Shown here: positions 1 to 15,458 of the stretch, one piece after another
Layout: every line of letters begins with the position of its first letter
Position numbering within the stretch: position 1 is the stretch's first letter
DNA from: Rebecca billardiae RCC1528
Taxonomy: Eukaryota; Protista; Haptophyta
Direction of reading: 5' to 3'
Assembly (NCBI GenBank): GCA_965240325.2
Contig: OZ251253.1
Location: forward strand, 496,001 to 560,000
DNA length: 64,000 nucleotides
Made by a program: the position numbers and the translations under genes
Notes under the pieces: generated by a model
The model's database searches: none
What the model saw: only the letters and a program-made list of their open reading frames with translations
What the model was told of the DNA's origin: nothing

Positions 1-852
1 GTCTGAGTGCGTGCAGTAGGCGAAGCTGGGAGGGGGCAGGCAGGATGGCGGCCGGCGTGGGGGGCGGGGGGGAGCGGGGGGGGTCGGCTGGGCGGGCTGG
101 CGCGCGGCGCCGCCGGGCACGGCTCCCCGCAGCGCTGCCGCGGCGCCCACGCCACGCGCACACGCCCACAGCGCACGGCGCGGCGCGGCCGCCCTTGCGC
201 CGCGCGCACACCGCGCGCGCGCTCGCACGGCGCGCGCTCACGCGGCGTTCGACTCATCTTCGCTGAGCTCGCGCAGCGTGTTCTGCATGAGCGCGATGTA
301 GTCGTCCAGCATCATCTCCTGCCCCTCCAGCTGGCTGATCGCCGCCTTCATCTCGTCGAGCTCGCCCTTGAGCTCGCCCGAGGTGCTGAGCCCCAGCCCC
401 CGAGAGTTCCACTGAATATTGTTCTTCGACTTCTTCTCGATCAGGCCTGCGCGCGCGCGCGGGTGCGCGCAGCCCGATGGGGGGGGAGGGCAGGGGGAGG
501 GCGTGCGAGCACGCGCGGGGGGGGAGAGCGTGCGGGGTGCGTGAGCGGTCATGCGCTCATGCCGCCGGCACCGCGCTGCTGCTGCCGCCACCGCCGCCCA
601 GCCCAGCGGCCGTGCCACCGCGCTGCCATCGTCCCCACACGCGCACTCAGCACGCGCGCTCAGCACACGCACACAGCACACGCACGCAGCGCACGCACAC
701 AGCGCACAGCACACAGCACACAGCATACACGCGCGCGCACGCACACACACACGTGCACACGCGCGCGCCAGCGCACGCACACGCACACACGCACACACAC
801 GCGCGCACACGCACGCACACGCACACACACGCACACGCACACACACGCACAC

Positions 853-894
<42 letters not shown>

Positions 895-1606
895 GCGCGC
901 GCGCACACACACACGCGCACACACGCACACACACACACACACACACACGCGCACACACGCACACACACGCACACGCACACACACACGCGCACACACGCAC
1001 ACACACACACACACACACACGCGCGCACACGCACGCACACACACGCACACGCACACACACACACACACACACACGCGCACACACGCACACACACACACAC
1101 GCACACGCACACACACGCACACACACGCACACGCACACACACACACACACACACACGCGCACACACGCACACACACACACACGCACACGCACACACACGC
1201 ACACGCGCGCGCACACCGATGCCCTCGAGCACGTTGGTGATGTCGTAGATGCGGCGCTTCTGCACGTTGAGCGCGGTGGCCGCGAGGTTGAGGTCGAGCA
1301 CGCCCTCCTCCGCGTTCTGGATCAGCGACACAAACTTCTTCGTCAGCAGCCCCAGCGAGGAGTCGAACCGACACGACGTCATGCCGACCGCGCCGCGCCG
1401 CTTGTGTTCGTCCGTGATCAGCGCGGCCTGCCGAGCCATCGCGGCGATGGCGGCGGCGTTGGACGCGGCGACGGCGGCGGCGGACTGCGTGGCGGGCGCG
1501 GCCGGCGGGCGCACCGCGGCGGCCTTGCGCGAGCCGCCGCCGGGCCCGGCCGACCCCGCAAGAGCGTTCATCGAAGCTGGCGCAGCGGAGGCGCCAGAGC
1601 CGCCCG

Positions 1607-1638
<32 letters not shown>

Positions 1639-2057
1639 TGGGCGTAGTCGGCGCCGGCGTCGTGGGCCGGGGGCGGCCCGTCGGCGCCGGGCTGCTGCCC
1701 CGCCTGCCGCGGGTGCATCGCCGCGAGCGCGCTCCCCTTGTCCGGCGCGATGTTGTTGCGGTTGGCAAAGCCCGCCACGGTCGCGGCGACGCTGCCCGCC
1801 GCGGGCTTCACTCCGGCGAGTCCGGGCGCGGGGCCGGGGTGGTGCGGGGCGTGGTCGGGGGGCGAAGCGTGCGCCGCGAGCGCCGCCCCGCCGTCGGGCG
1901 CGCCGCCGCCGTTGCCCACCTCGTCCGCGCGCGCGCGCTTGTGCGCAGGCTCAGAGCTCTCTGCGCCCCGGTGCATTGTGCCGCGGCCGCTCGGCGCGGC
2001 GCGGGCGCGAGCGGTGGGTTCGTGCGGCTCGGCGTGGCCGGACGCGGGCTCGGGCAT
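1..2057 (-). CDS. E2F: E2F-family transcription factor, 3'-truncated by the window edge; exons 2057-1217, 446-242, 25-<1
   Basis: The spliced translation gives the E2F/DP winged-helix DBD ([51 protein letters not shown]|[13 protein letters not shown]), then a coiled coil and the start of the marked box (AFAYCTHSD). Both GT-AG introns (1216-447, 241-26) keep frame. The start ATG at 2057 is a best guess. Confidence 0.93.
660..1215. repeat. Imperfect (CA/CG)n alternating purine-pyrimidine microsatellite inside E2F intron 1
   Basis: About 550 bp of acac/acgc runs, seen directly. It produces the spurious HT/VC-repeat ORFs in the track. Confidence 0.9.
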
Positions 2058-2459
2058 GCACCGACGGCCCAGCCCGCCGTGTGCAGCGCGCCGCCTCCGC
2101 GGCTCTCTCGGCCGCCGCGCGCGCGCTGTTGCGAGCCTACGCACTGCCCACCGCCCTGCCCTGCCTGGCGCGGGCGCGGGAAAGAGTTGCGCGAGCGCGC
2201 GGCTCGACGCTTTGTTGGGCGCGAACGCGCGTGGCGCCAAGCGGGAGGTACCCCGCCCGGACTGTCCGGGACGCGCGCCGCCGTACGAGCGGGCGTCAGT
2301 TGGCGCCGGCTCAGCCGCTGGGCCGTGTGCGTGCAAGGAGCCTCGTCGCGGGCCCAGCGCGTTCGCGCGCGCATACATACGCGACGGGCGAGGGGCGCGG
2401 GAAGCCGAGTGGCCGCGGCGCGCATTGCACTCGCACGCGAGAGCGCGCACGCAGCCGAG
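2058..2459. promoter_or_regulatory. Divergent (bidirectional) E2F/MCM3 promoter with E2F-type binding motifs
   Basis: GCGGGAAA (= TTTCCCGC, canonical TTTSSCGC) at 2176-2183. Near-consensus GGCGCGGGAAG at ~2394-2404, TGGCGCCAA at 2232-2240 and TTGGCGCC at 2300-2307. All lie between two head-to-head start codons. Confidence 0.65.
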
Positions 2460-6473
<4,014 letters not shown>

Positions 6474-6934
6474 TGACGGCGGCTGCGGCGCGGCGAGGGA
6501 GCGGCTGCTTGCTGGCGGGAGCATGTGTACACTCGGCGTGCGCGGTGGCCGACCGGCGGCCTCAAGCTTGGTAGGGACACCCCGCCGCGCGATGCCGCGC
6601 GGCAGCCATCGCCCCGGCCGCCGCCGCGCATCAGACGACAGCGATTCAGCGCGCAAAGCTATTGAAATCGCGGCTCGCGCTGAAGCTTCCGCGCTTGATC
6701 TCTCGGGTAGTTGATGAATATTCGGGGGATCGCCCGACGCGCATTTCGGCCCATTTCCCCGAAAAGTTCCACATCGGGCGGTGTGCGGTGTAGTAGGCCC
6801 GGAACCGCACGGCGCTTCGTCCGACTGCTTGGCCGCCGAGCCGCGCTCCCCGCGGGCACCAAACACGATCCCACGCAGCCGAGCGACCTAGGAGCGACCT
6901 AACGAACGCTTCCGCAGCGGAACCGAAGCGAACG

Positions 6935-7819
6935 ATGACTCCGACCATCTCCTCCCCCGCGGCGCACGCGTGGCACCTGCCGCACGTGCACCTGCCGCAC
7001 GTGCCGCACCTGCCGCACGTGCGGCCCCACCGCCGGGCGCCGCCGAGCGCCCCTTACGACCGCTACGCCGCGCACCGCCAGGGCCTCGACGTGCGCGACA
7101 GCCTGCTGCCGGGCGCGGAGCTCGGCCTGTTTGCGATGCGCGCGTTCGAGCGCGGCCGGACGATTACAACGTACCACGGGCGCGTGCTGCACCTGAAGGA
7201 GGTGCTGCGCCTCAGCGCGGCGGAGCGCGAGGCCGTGATGTCCGGCTTCGGCATGGACACCTACGTCGACGCCGGCCGCGACATGAACGTCCTCGCGCGG
7301 TACGTGAACGACCCGTTCGAGCCGCACGCCGTGAACGCCGAGTTCGTGCGCGTGCTGCCGGAGCACCGCGCGCTGCTCGTCGCGACGCGGGACATCGAGC
7401 CCGGCGAGGAGATCTACGCGAGCTCGTCCACCGCCCACCGCCTCTTCCGCCTGCCGCCGTCGGCGCCCACGCCGCCGTCGACGCCAGTGCACCACGTGTG
7501 CGGCGTCGCGGACGGCGTGGGGGACGACAGCAGCCACGGGCGCGTGCACCTGCGCCCGCCCGCCTCGCCGAGCGGGCTGACGAGCCCCGCCTCGCTGCAG
7601 GCGTGGATGCTCGCCGACGACGCCGACACGCCCCTCGCGCAGCAGCGCCGGCGCAGCTCGCACGATGCCAGCGCCCATGGCTCAGACGGGAGCGAGGCCG
7701 ACAGCATGAGCCTCGACAGCGAGCGGGGCTGTGGCACCGACGCGCACTGGCGCGGCGTCCACGAGCCGGGGCTGGCGACGGCGGCGCTGCCGGGCACGCC
7801 GAGCAACCTGGCGCAGTAG
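6935..7819 (+). CDS. SET-domain protein (small algal/viral-like SET)
   Basis: DSLLPGAELGLFAMRAFERGRTITTYHG...LARYVND...NAEF...LVATRDIEPGEEIYAS matches SET motifs I-IV. Single exon. Confidence 0.8.
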   Translation: MTPTISSPAAHAWHLPHVHLPHVPHLPHVRPHRRAPPSAPYDRYAAHRQGLDVRDSLLPGAELGLFAMRAFERGRTITTYHGRVLHLKEVLRLSAAEREAVMSGFGMDTYVDAGRDMNVLARYVNDPFEPHAVNAEFVRVLPEHRALLVATRDIEPGEEIYASSSTAHRLFRLPPSAPTPPSTPVHHVCGVADGVGDDSSHGRVHLRPPASPSGLTSPASLQAWMLADDADTPLAQQRRRSSHDASAHGSDGSEADSMSLDSERGCGTDAHWRGVHEPGLATAALPGTPSNLAQ

Positions 7820-7970
7820 CAGCGCGCGGCCCGTGCCCCAAGGTGCGGCGAAAAAATGAACCTCCGACGACGCGAAAATCGCGCGCCTAGAAATTCCTCA
7901 TCACCAGCTGAGAAATGAGAAATCAGAAATCCGCCTCGTCATCGTCCGCGGGCACTCGCGCGCCGCCGCG

Positions 7971-10575
7971 ATGAGGGCCAGCATGATGGCCGCTGCCGAT
8001 GGCGCCGCGGGGCTCTCGCCGCGGCAGCGCCGCGAGCACGCGCTCTTCGCCGGGACGCTCGCGTACACGACGATGCTGCTTGTGCTCGACCCCCACCCCG
8101 CGCCCGTCGACGCGCCCGCGTGGCTGGCAGCCGGTGCGCTCACCCTGCGCGCGCTGCATGCGACGCCCGCCGCCGGCACGTTCGTGGACGCGGACACGCC
8201 GGACGGCGCGGCGCACGCGCGCGCGCGCGTGCTCGCGAGCCATCTCGTCGCCGTCGCGGCCGCCACCACCGTGCTCAGCGCGCTGCTTCTCGGCCTGCTC
8301 GCCGCGCGCGAGAGCGGCGCGCGCGAGGGCGCATCAGCATGGCTGCCCCACCGCCGCTCGCTGGCGCTGCTGCTGCTCGCAGCCACGGTCGAGTGCCGCG
8401 CGGGCGCGGCGGTCGCGTCGGCGTCGGCGGCAGAGGCGCTGCACGCCTCGCCGGCTGCACGCGCCGCGCAGCTCGCCGCGCTCCTCCTCGCCCTCCTCGC
8501 GCGCGGCGCGGCCGCCGCCGTCGCGCCGCGTGCGCCGGTCTGGCCCGCCGGCGCGGCGCTCGCGGCGCTGTGGTGGGTGAGCGGGGTGGGCTGCGCGCTG
8601 CTCGGCGGGCTGCTGGCGCTTCGCGCGCTCGAGCTGTGGGCGCACCGCGCCGTGCCACGCCGGCGCACGCCCGGCGGGGGCCGAGCCGCCGCCGCGCCGC
8701 TCGCCGCCGCCACGGACGGCGCCGCCGCCGCCACCTCTGCCAAGGGCGACGGCGCGGGCGGGGGCGGGGCGGCGGCGGGCGGCGCATCGGCAGCGCCGCC
8801 GCCAGCGTCGAGCGCCGCGAGGCGCGAGCGCGACGAGGCCTCGTGCGCGGAGGGCACCGAGCCCGACCGCGCCGCACCGGACTTTGCACCGGACTTTGCG
8901 CCGGGCGCGAGGGCTGAGGGCAGGACTGCGCAGCAGGACTCTCCCGGCCCGCACGACCGCCTCCACCGGACTCCCCAGTCCGGCGGCGGCGACGGCGGCG
9001 GTGGGGCGTCCGGTGTGGCGGGCGTGGGCGCGGCCGGCGGCGCGACGCCGCCGCGGGCGGGCGAGCAGCGCGAGGGCGGCGCTGGGCAGCAGGGCGCGGG
9101 CGCGGGCGCGCGCGAACGCGCGCCGCGCGACGCGCCGCCATCGCCCGCGCCCGCGGCGCGCGCCGCGCTCGCCACGCCCTCGCCCTTCTCGAGCCTGGCC
9201 GCGGCGCGGCGGCCGCGCGCGCGGGGCGGCGGGCGGGGCGGCCGCGCGGGCGCGGACGAGGACGAGCGCCATTCGCTCCTCAGTCCGGGGCCCGGACCGG
9301 ACGCAGGAGCGCCGGACTGGCGGCCGGAGTTGGCGGCGCCACTTGCCGGCGCGCCGGGCGCGGCGACGCCCGCCGCGTGGGCGGAGGGCGGCGCGGCGCG
9401 CCCGCTCGGCGGGGCCGGCGCACGCACCGCCGCCACCGTCGCGGCCGTGGCGGACGTGGGCTCGGCGGTCGACGCCGCAGCGGGCGCCTCCGCCGCCCTA
9501 AGCCCGAGTCCTCGCACCTCGGCCGCGCTCGCGACGCGCGCGGCCGCGCGGCGCTCGGCGGAGCAGCGCGCGCTCTCGCGGCCGCTGCTGCGCGGCAGGA
9601 GCCACGCCGAGCTGGCGCACAGCCTCGTGGGACTAGCGACCCTCGCCGCCCTCGGCGCGTGCTCCCTGAGCCTCCTCCACGCCGCCAGATTCAATCTCGG
9701 CGCGGCGGCGCGCGCGCACGCCGCGCCGGCGTGCCTGCTCGGCGCGGCCGCGCTCGCGCTGAGCGCGCGGCGCGTGCTTCGGGCGGAGGCGCTGCAGCGC
9801 GGGCCGGCGCCGCCGATCGGCCGCGCGATGCAGGACGCCGCGGTCGCGCTCGCGGCCGCCGCGGTCCTCGCCCTGCTGGCGCTCGGCTTTGCGGCCGACA
9901 GCGCGCGTGCGCTCGCAGCGCCGTCGCCACTGCCGGCGGTGGCCGCCGCCGCCGCCGCCGCCTCGAGCAGTGTGGCCGGCGCCGCGCGCCGCGCGCCCGT
10001 GCCGTGCGAGCGGTGCGCCGCGCTGGCGAGCCTGCTCGTCGCCGCGCCGCTCGCGCTCGCGCTCGCCGCCGGCTCGCTCCTCGTCGCCGGCTGCTCGCTC
10101 CTCGTCGCCGCGTCCGTGCGCGCGCCGCGCAACGCGAGCGCCGCGGCCGCCGCCGCCGCCGCCGCCGCCGGCAGCTTCGGCGAACCGTCCGCGCTGGCGC
10201 GCGTGGTCGTCGCTGGGACGCTCGCCGACGGTCGGAGCGCGGCGGATGGCGGCGTGGCCGGGGGCCAGCGCGACGAGTCGGCCGTCGCCGCGCCCGCCAA
10301 CCCCGCCGCCGCGGCCGCGGCCGCGGGCGACGCGGCGGTGACGGCGCGCGCCGCGCTGCACCAGGGTTGGGGCGCGCTGGTGGCGGTTTCTCTGCCCGCG
10401 CTGTGCGCGACGGCCGCGCTGCGCGGCGCGAGCGCGAGCGCGGGCGGCGCGGAGGGCCTCGTCGCGGCGGCGGCGCCGACGGGCGGGCGGCACGTGCCGG
10501 CGGGGCATGCCGCCGCCGCCGCCGCCACCGCGGCGGCGCGTGCGCGTGCGCAGGCCGCGGCGGCGGCGGCGCCGA

Positions 10576-10607
<32 letters not shown>

Positions 10608-11093
10608 AGCGGTGCGCTCGTCGTCTGCGCCGTCGCCCTTAGCCTCTTCCTCTGCGTGGGGGTGCTGTCGCTGGCCGGACTGCCGCACCCGGACGGCACG
10701 CCCGCGCCGCTCCGCCCGGGCCCGGCGCGGCTGATGCGCGCGCGGCGCGCGGCGCTGCGCGTGCTACTCAGCTGCGCTGCCGCGGCGCAGCTGGGCGGCG
10801 CGTGCTGGCTCGGCGCTGAGGCGGCGGCGCAGCTCGCGGCCGGCGCCGCGCCCCAGCCGGCGGCGCCGGCGCCGAGCATGGCGGCGGGAGGCGGTGGTGG
10901 CGGCGGTGTGAGCCACGCGCTCGTCGCCCTGCCGCTCGAGCTGGCGTGCGCCGCCCTCGGCCTGCTGCTGCTGCACGCGGCGGGGCGCGCGCACGCGGAG
11001 GAGCAGGCGCAGCGCCGCGCATCTGAGTCGTCGGCTGCCGCCTTCTTCGCGGCCGGCGCGGCGGAGGCGGGGGCGGCGGTGAGCTCGCCCTAG
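7971..11093 (+). CDS. Hypothetical Ala-rich polytopic membrane protein (~1040 aa)
   Basis: Long single ORF with about a dozen Leu/Ala/Val hydrophobic segments in two clusters, separated by a low-complexity loop. It sits between AT-richer intergenic flanks. No family recognised. Confidence 0.55.
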
Positions 11094-11330
11094 CCAGCAG
11101 CAGCGCTGCCGGCGTGGCCGTGCACGGGCGGGCGCGCGCCTCAGCAGTGTCTGCGGATGGGCCGCGATGGCGGCCGTGGGTCTCATCCCTGATAGTGATG
11201 AGCATCACGCGGCGCATCAGAAGTCGTCCGACTGATCGCGACGATGGCGATGACCCTATAGTCCGTCGTACGTGATATGAGACGACCCGCGCGTGCGGCC
11301 GTGCCGGTGCGCGAGTCCTAGCCGCCGCGA

Positions 11331-11469
<139 letters not shown>

Positions 11470-13762
11470 GCCTGCTATACTATGCTCCGAGACGCGCGCG
11501 CGGGCGCGGCTCCCGCTCCGGCTGGCAATACCGTCACTAAGCACTGCTAGTGGCTGACGGCGCCGGGCGGCGTCGCGGCGGAGTCGGGCGGCCCAAGCCC
11601 ATCCTGCTCGCTGAGGCGGGTGCGCCTGCTGTCCGCGGCACCTTTATCGCCCTGCAGTGCCGCACTACCGCCCGCCTTGCGAGTCGCCCGTGCTTCAGCT
11701 TGTGATGAGACTGCTTCGTCCTGCACAGGCTCGTTCGCCAGCATCACGGTAGCACACGTGCTGCCGCCGCCCGTCCGACCTGCACCGCGGCTGCTGTTCA
11801 TATATTGGTTTGCCCACCCTCCCACCCCGTATGTCTGTCTGGGATGACGGTGCCGTGTCAGCCGTGTGGAACCCATCATGCTATCTGGTCAGCCGTCGGC
11901 CGTCGACCTCCGTGACTGACAGCAGACCTCGTCACGGACGCCCTGTGGCTCGACCACGGGCAGCTTCGGAGCTGCGCCTCCGCACTGCCCGCGCCCGCCG
12001 TCGTTCGTTATTGGTACGTAAATGAGCTAGCCCCGATCGCTATACAATAATACATGCGCATGACTATATATATATAGTACGTATCCTGGTCGTATCCCAA
12101 TCAGAATATCATGATCATCCGCATCGTGGACTGTCCCAAGACGCAGTTCACGCCACGAGGCACGACCGGATCCAGCTCTCGGTCGTGCTCGACGCTCTGC
12201 GACGGCTGCCCTTCGGTCGCGGAGCGAGATGCCAGGGTGCCAGCCGCCCAACGGTGTCCCACTCCGAGGCGGCCGAGCGTGGTTCGACAGCCTTTGTACG
12301 TACTTAATAAGTGATGCATAGGTCTGACATCATCAGCTGGTCCGTGTCGGACTGGCCGCTGCCTTGCTGTGATCAGCGCGAGCTGGATGACGCCCCCGAC
12401 TCCCGAGCTATATATATAGCAGTCACGCGCCCGATTTCCGCGAAAGGTACCCGCGTCGTGGCTCGGTCGTCGTAGCTCATTACTATGCTTATTAGTCAGG
12501 CCGTCGGTATACTGCACCGCCAGTTACTGCGCGTGGGCCGCTGCACGCCAGAAGGCTGCGCGCGGCCCGCTGGCCTCGGATCGATGAGGCGGACGCCGGC
12601 GCCTTATTGTCGCAGTGAGAGTATAGTGGCCCTCAAGTTTAAGCGATAAAATCAAGCGGCGGCTCTATCGTCGGCGCTGAAGGTGAAGGCCGTGGTGCTG
12701 ATGGCTGCGTACTTGGGGCTGATGCCCGCCCACAGTCACGTGTTCAACCTTGCCGTGTCGTGCGCGAGGCGGCGGTAGCGTGCGCTGAAAGTAGGTGCAG
12801 CCGATCGGCGAGCTCGACGGTAGCCGCGCGGCGGCCTCCCGACCAAGCCGTGTGAGGCAGCCGCCGGCCTGCGCCTGCGAGTCCTCCGTGCGTGGAGCTA
12901 GGCTCCCACGCGTGGCCCGAGGCGTACGCGGGGTGCCGTCCGAGCGCGCCAGTACACACCGAGCGCAGCAAGCTGGGCACCCTGCGCGGCAGGAGCATGC
13001 AATCGAGCGAGCGCTGCCCACGAGCTGAGCCTGTCGAGCCGCTGGCACGGCCCGGCGCGGCAGCTGCGCGAAAGTCTGTGGTGCGCCTGCACGTGGTCAA
13101 AGCACGAGCTCACACGCTGTGTGTGGACCAGGGACGCAGAGTGTACGTGCATGCGCACCACGCTCGAATTTATTGCGTGCGCGGAGCGGCGCTGTGCGTG
13201 CACGACCATGCTGGTGCATGTGAGACCAGTCAGGTCTGTGCGCGATGGCCGGCCGCGCGAGCGCGCGCGTGCGCGACACAGCACACTTGCGGGCGAGCCG
13301 TGTGTCTGCGCAGACGCGGGTGCTCCCCGACCGTGCGCCACGAGCGAGAGAGCCGCCATGGTGCGCTCGTCACGGCGTGAGCGGGCGTGCAATCACGTAG
13401 CCAGCGAAGCGAACTTAGCTTAAATAACCTGAGGGGTACTATAGTATTATCGCGCGGATATCAGTATCCGCGGGCCCGTGACGACGATGACGGCACGGAG
13501 ACCGCGGCGCGCGACTCGTCTACTACTATTAATAATAGTCACGCATATCACTACTACTACTGTGTCGGCTACGCCGTACTTATAATAATAACCGACAATA
13601 TTCACCCGTACGCGGACTGTCGGCCGCGGATTGTCGTCGGATCAGCGGATCAAAGCGGTCTGATGCGTGCGTGTTAAGTGCATGTGCGTCACCTGCTCCG
13701 GTCAGGCTGTGGTTGGCGAGTGTCCTCCTGCTCCGACCTGCGTTCGGGCGGCCGTTCAACGG

Positions 13763-14392
13763 TCACAGTTCACACGCAGGCTGCGGGTGGCCAGTGGCAG
13801 CCGCCCATGCCTCCGCTCTGGTGTGGAGTCCGACTGGCGCCGAGAAGTAGAGCAGCGTGTCAAAGGCAGGATGCTCAGCAAGTAGCTCGCCTGAGAAGAC
13901 CGTGCGGCAGTGCTGCCCGGCCCGTTCCATGTGCGCAGCGATGTGCACTGACGCCGCCACGCCCGTTGCGTCCGAATCCTTGCCGACGCTCCCGCGGTCA
14001 GTGCCTGCTGCCTCTGTGCCACGCTCGTCGTGATTGTACCGATTGGCAAGTGCCACCACGCTGCCATCGGCACGGCAGGAGAGAATCACGGACGGGTTGG
14101 AGTAAGCATCTCCTCCCTGCACCTCTGGCGCACGTGCAGCTTCACGCGTGAACGCGGGAGGAGTGCCCGGGCCGAGGTCCTCATCCACTGCTTCAAGTGC
14201 CACGGTGACGGTGGGCCCGCGACGTGTGTGCAGGACCGTCACAGAGGCGCCGTCAGCTGCGACCTGCGTCGTACTCGTGCCCGAGCAGCCCGCGCCAGGC
14301 TCAGCGATATCCCTGTTGGGGGCCGGGGTGGTGAGTGTCGCTGCATCGCGGCCGCTCGTGCTGGGCAGACCTTGCGCTGCCATCGCGACCAT
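13763..14392 (-). CDS. Possible hypothetical protein divergent from the Sar1-like gene
   Basis: Open frame (MVAMAAQG...ACEL) with protein-like composition but no recognisable domain. The start is uncertain. Confidence 0.25.
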   Translation of the reverse strand: MVAMAAQGLPSTSGRDAATLTTPAPNRDIAEPGAGCSGTSTTQVAADGASVTVLHTRRGPTVTVALEAVDEDLGPGTPPAFTREAARAPEVQGGDAYSNPSVILSCRADGSVVALANRYNHDERGTEAAGTDRGSVGKDSDATGVAASVHIAAHMERAGQHCRTVFSGELLAEHPAFDTLLYFSAPVGLHTRAEAWAAATGHPQPACEL

Positions 14393-14594
14393 GGCCTGGC
14401 CCGAGCGAGCAAACGTCATCGACGAAGCGGTTTTGAGCCCGATTGGTGACCCTGACCCGCCCGATCCAAATCGGCCTCCGTGGGGGGCCGCCCGGACAGC
14501 CCATCCCGAAGTTGGCACGATCACGATGGCGGCGTGTTGCTGCTAGCGCACAGCTTTTTTGCGCGCGCGAGCGTAGGCGCTTTTCGGCTGCGGC

Positions 14595-15458
14595 ATGCTG
14601 CAGGCGCTCGTCGACGCCCTGCGCGGGTTGCTGGCGCTTTTCGGCCTCGTGCAGGAGAAGCGCACGCTCATCATCGTCGGTGCGTGCCGCATGCTGAGGC
14701 GCCTGCCGCAAGCGTGACCGCACGCTGACAAGCCGCTCGCGTCCCGCGCGCGCACGCGGGCGCGCGCGCGCGCGCGGCACACAGGCCTCGACAACGCGGG
14801 CAAGACGACGCTGCTGCACAAGCTGCGGTACGGCCAGCTCAGGTCGTTCGTACCGACCCAGCGCCCCTCGTGCGAGGAGCTCGCCATCGGCAACGTCACT
14901 CTGCAGGCGTGGGACCTGGGAGGTCACCAGGCGGTTCGGGAGCTATGGAAATCCTACGAGCTCGCGGCGGATGCGATCGCGTTCGTGGTGGACTCGGCGG
15001 ACGCGGAGCGCCTCGGCGAGGCCGCGGACGAGCTGGCGCAGACGGCGAGGCTCACCGCGGCCAGTGCCGTGCCCATCGCCGTCCTCGCCAACAAGCGCGA
15101 CCGCAGGGGCGTGCGGCCGCTGCCCGAGATTGAATCTCGGCTCCGCCTGGCGCAGCTCAATGGCGAGCCCGAGGAGGAGGTGGCGGCGGCGGCGGCTGGG
15201 CCGGGGCAGCCAGGCGGGGCAGCATCGGGCGCGGCAGGGCACCCCGCGCCGACCGGCGAGGACAGCGACTCGGCTGGAGACGGCTCGCCCGGCGGCGGCG
15301 GCGCTGCCTTTGATGGCACCGCTGCTGACGAGGACACGCAGCCCGGCCGCACGATGGAGCAGCAGCAGCATAGGCGCGTGCGGCTCTTCCCGTGCTCGCT
15401 TGTCAGTGGCACCGGGTACATCGAGGCGCTCGAGTGGCTCGTCACGGCCGAACATTAG
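14595..15458 (+). CDS. Sar1-like Arf-family small GTPase; exons 14595-14679 and 14785-15458 (~252 aa)
   Basis: Amphipathic N-terminus without a Gly2 myristoylation site. Motifs: G1 G|LDNAGKTT, PTQRPSCEEL, G3 WDLGGH (His, as in Sar1), G4 NKRD, and C-terminal CSLVSGTGYIEALEWL. One GT-AG intron at 14680-14784. Confidence 0.88.

Noticed and set aside
7-1248. His/Thr- and Val/Cys-repeat proteins
   Set aside because: They are translations of the intronic CA/CG microsatellite.
7901-10879. 992-aa minus-strand ORF
   Set aside because: It is the antisense of the + strand membrane-protein ORF and shows no protein-like patterning.
13453-13472. CGCGGATA-TCAG-TATCCGCG hairpin as a transposon terminus or terminator
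   Set aside because: It is only an 8-bp stem, and no partner end or TSD was found.
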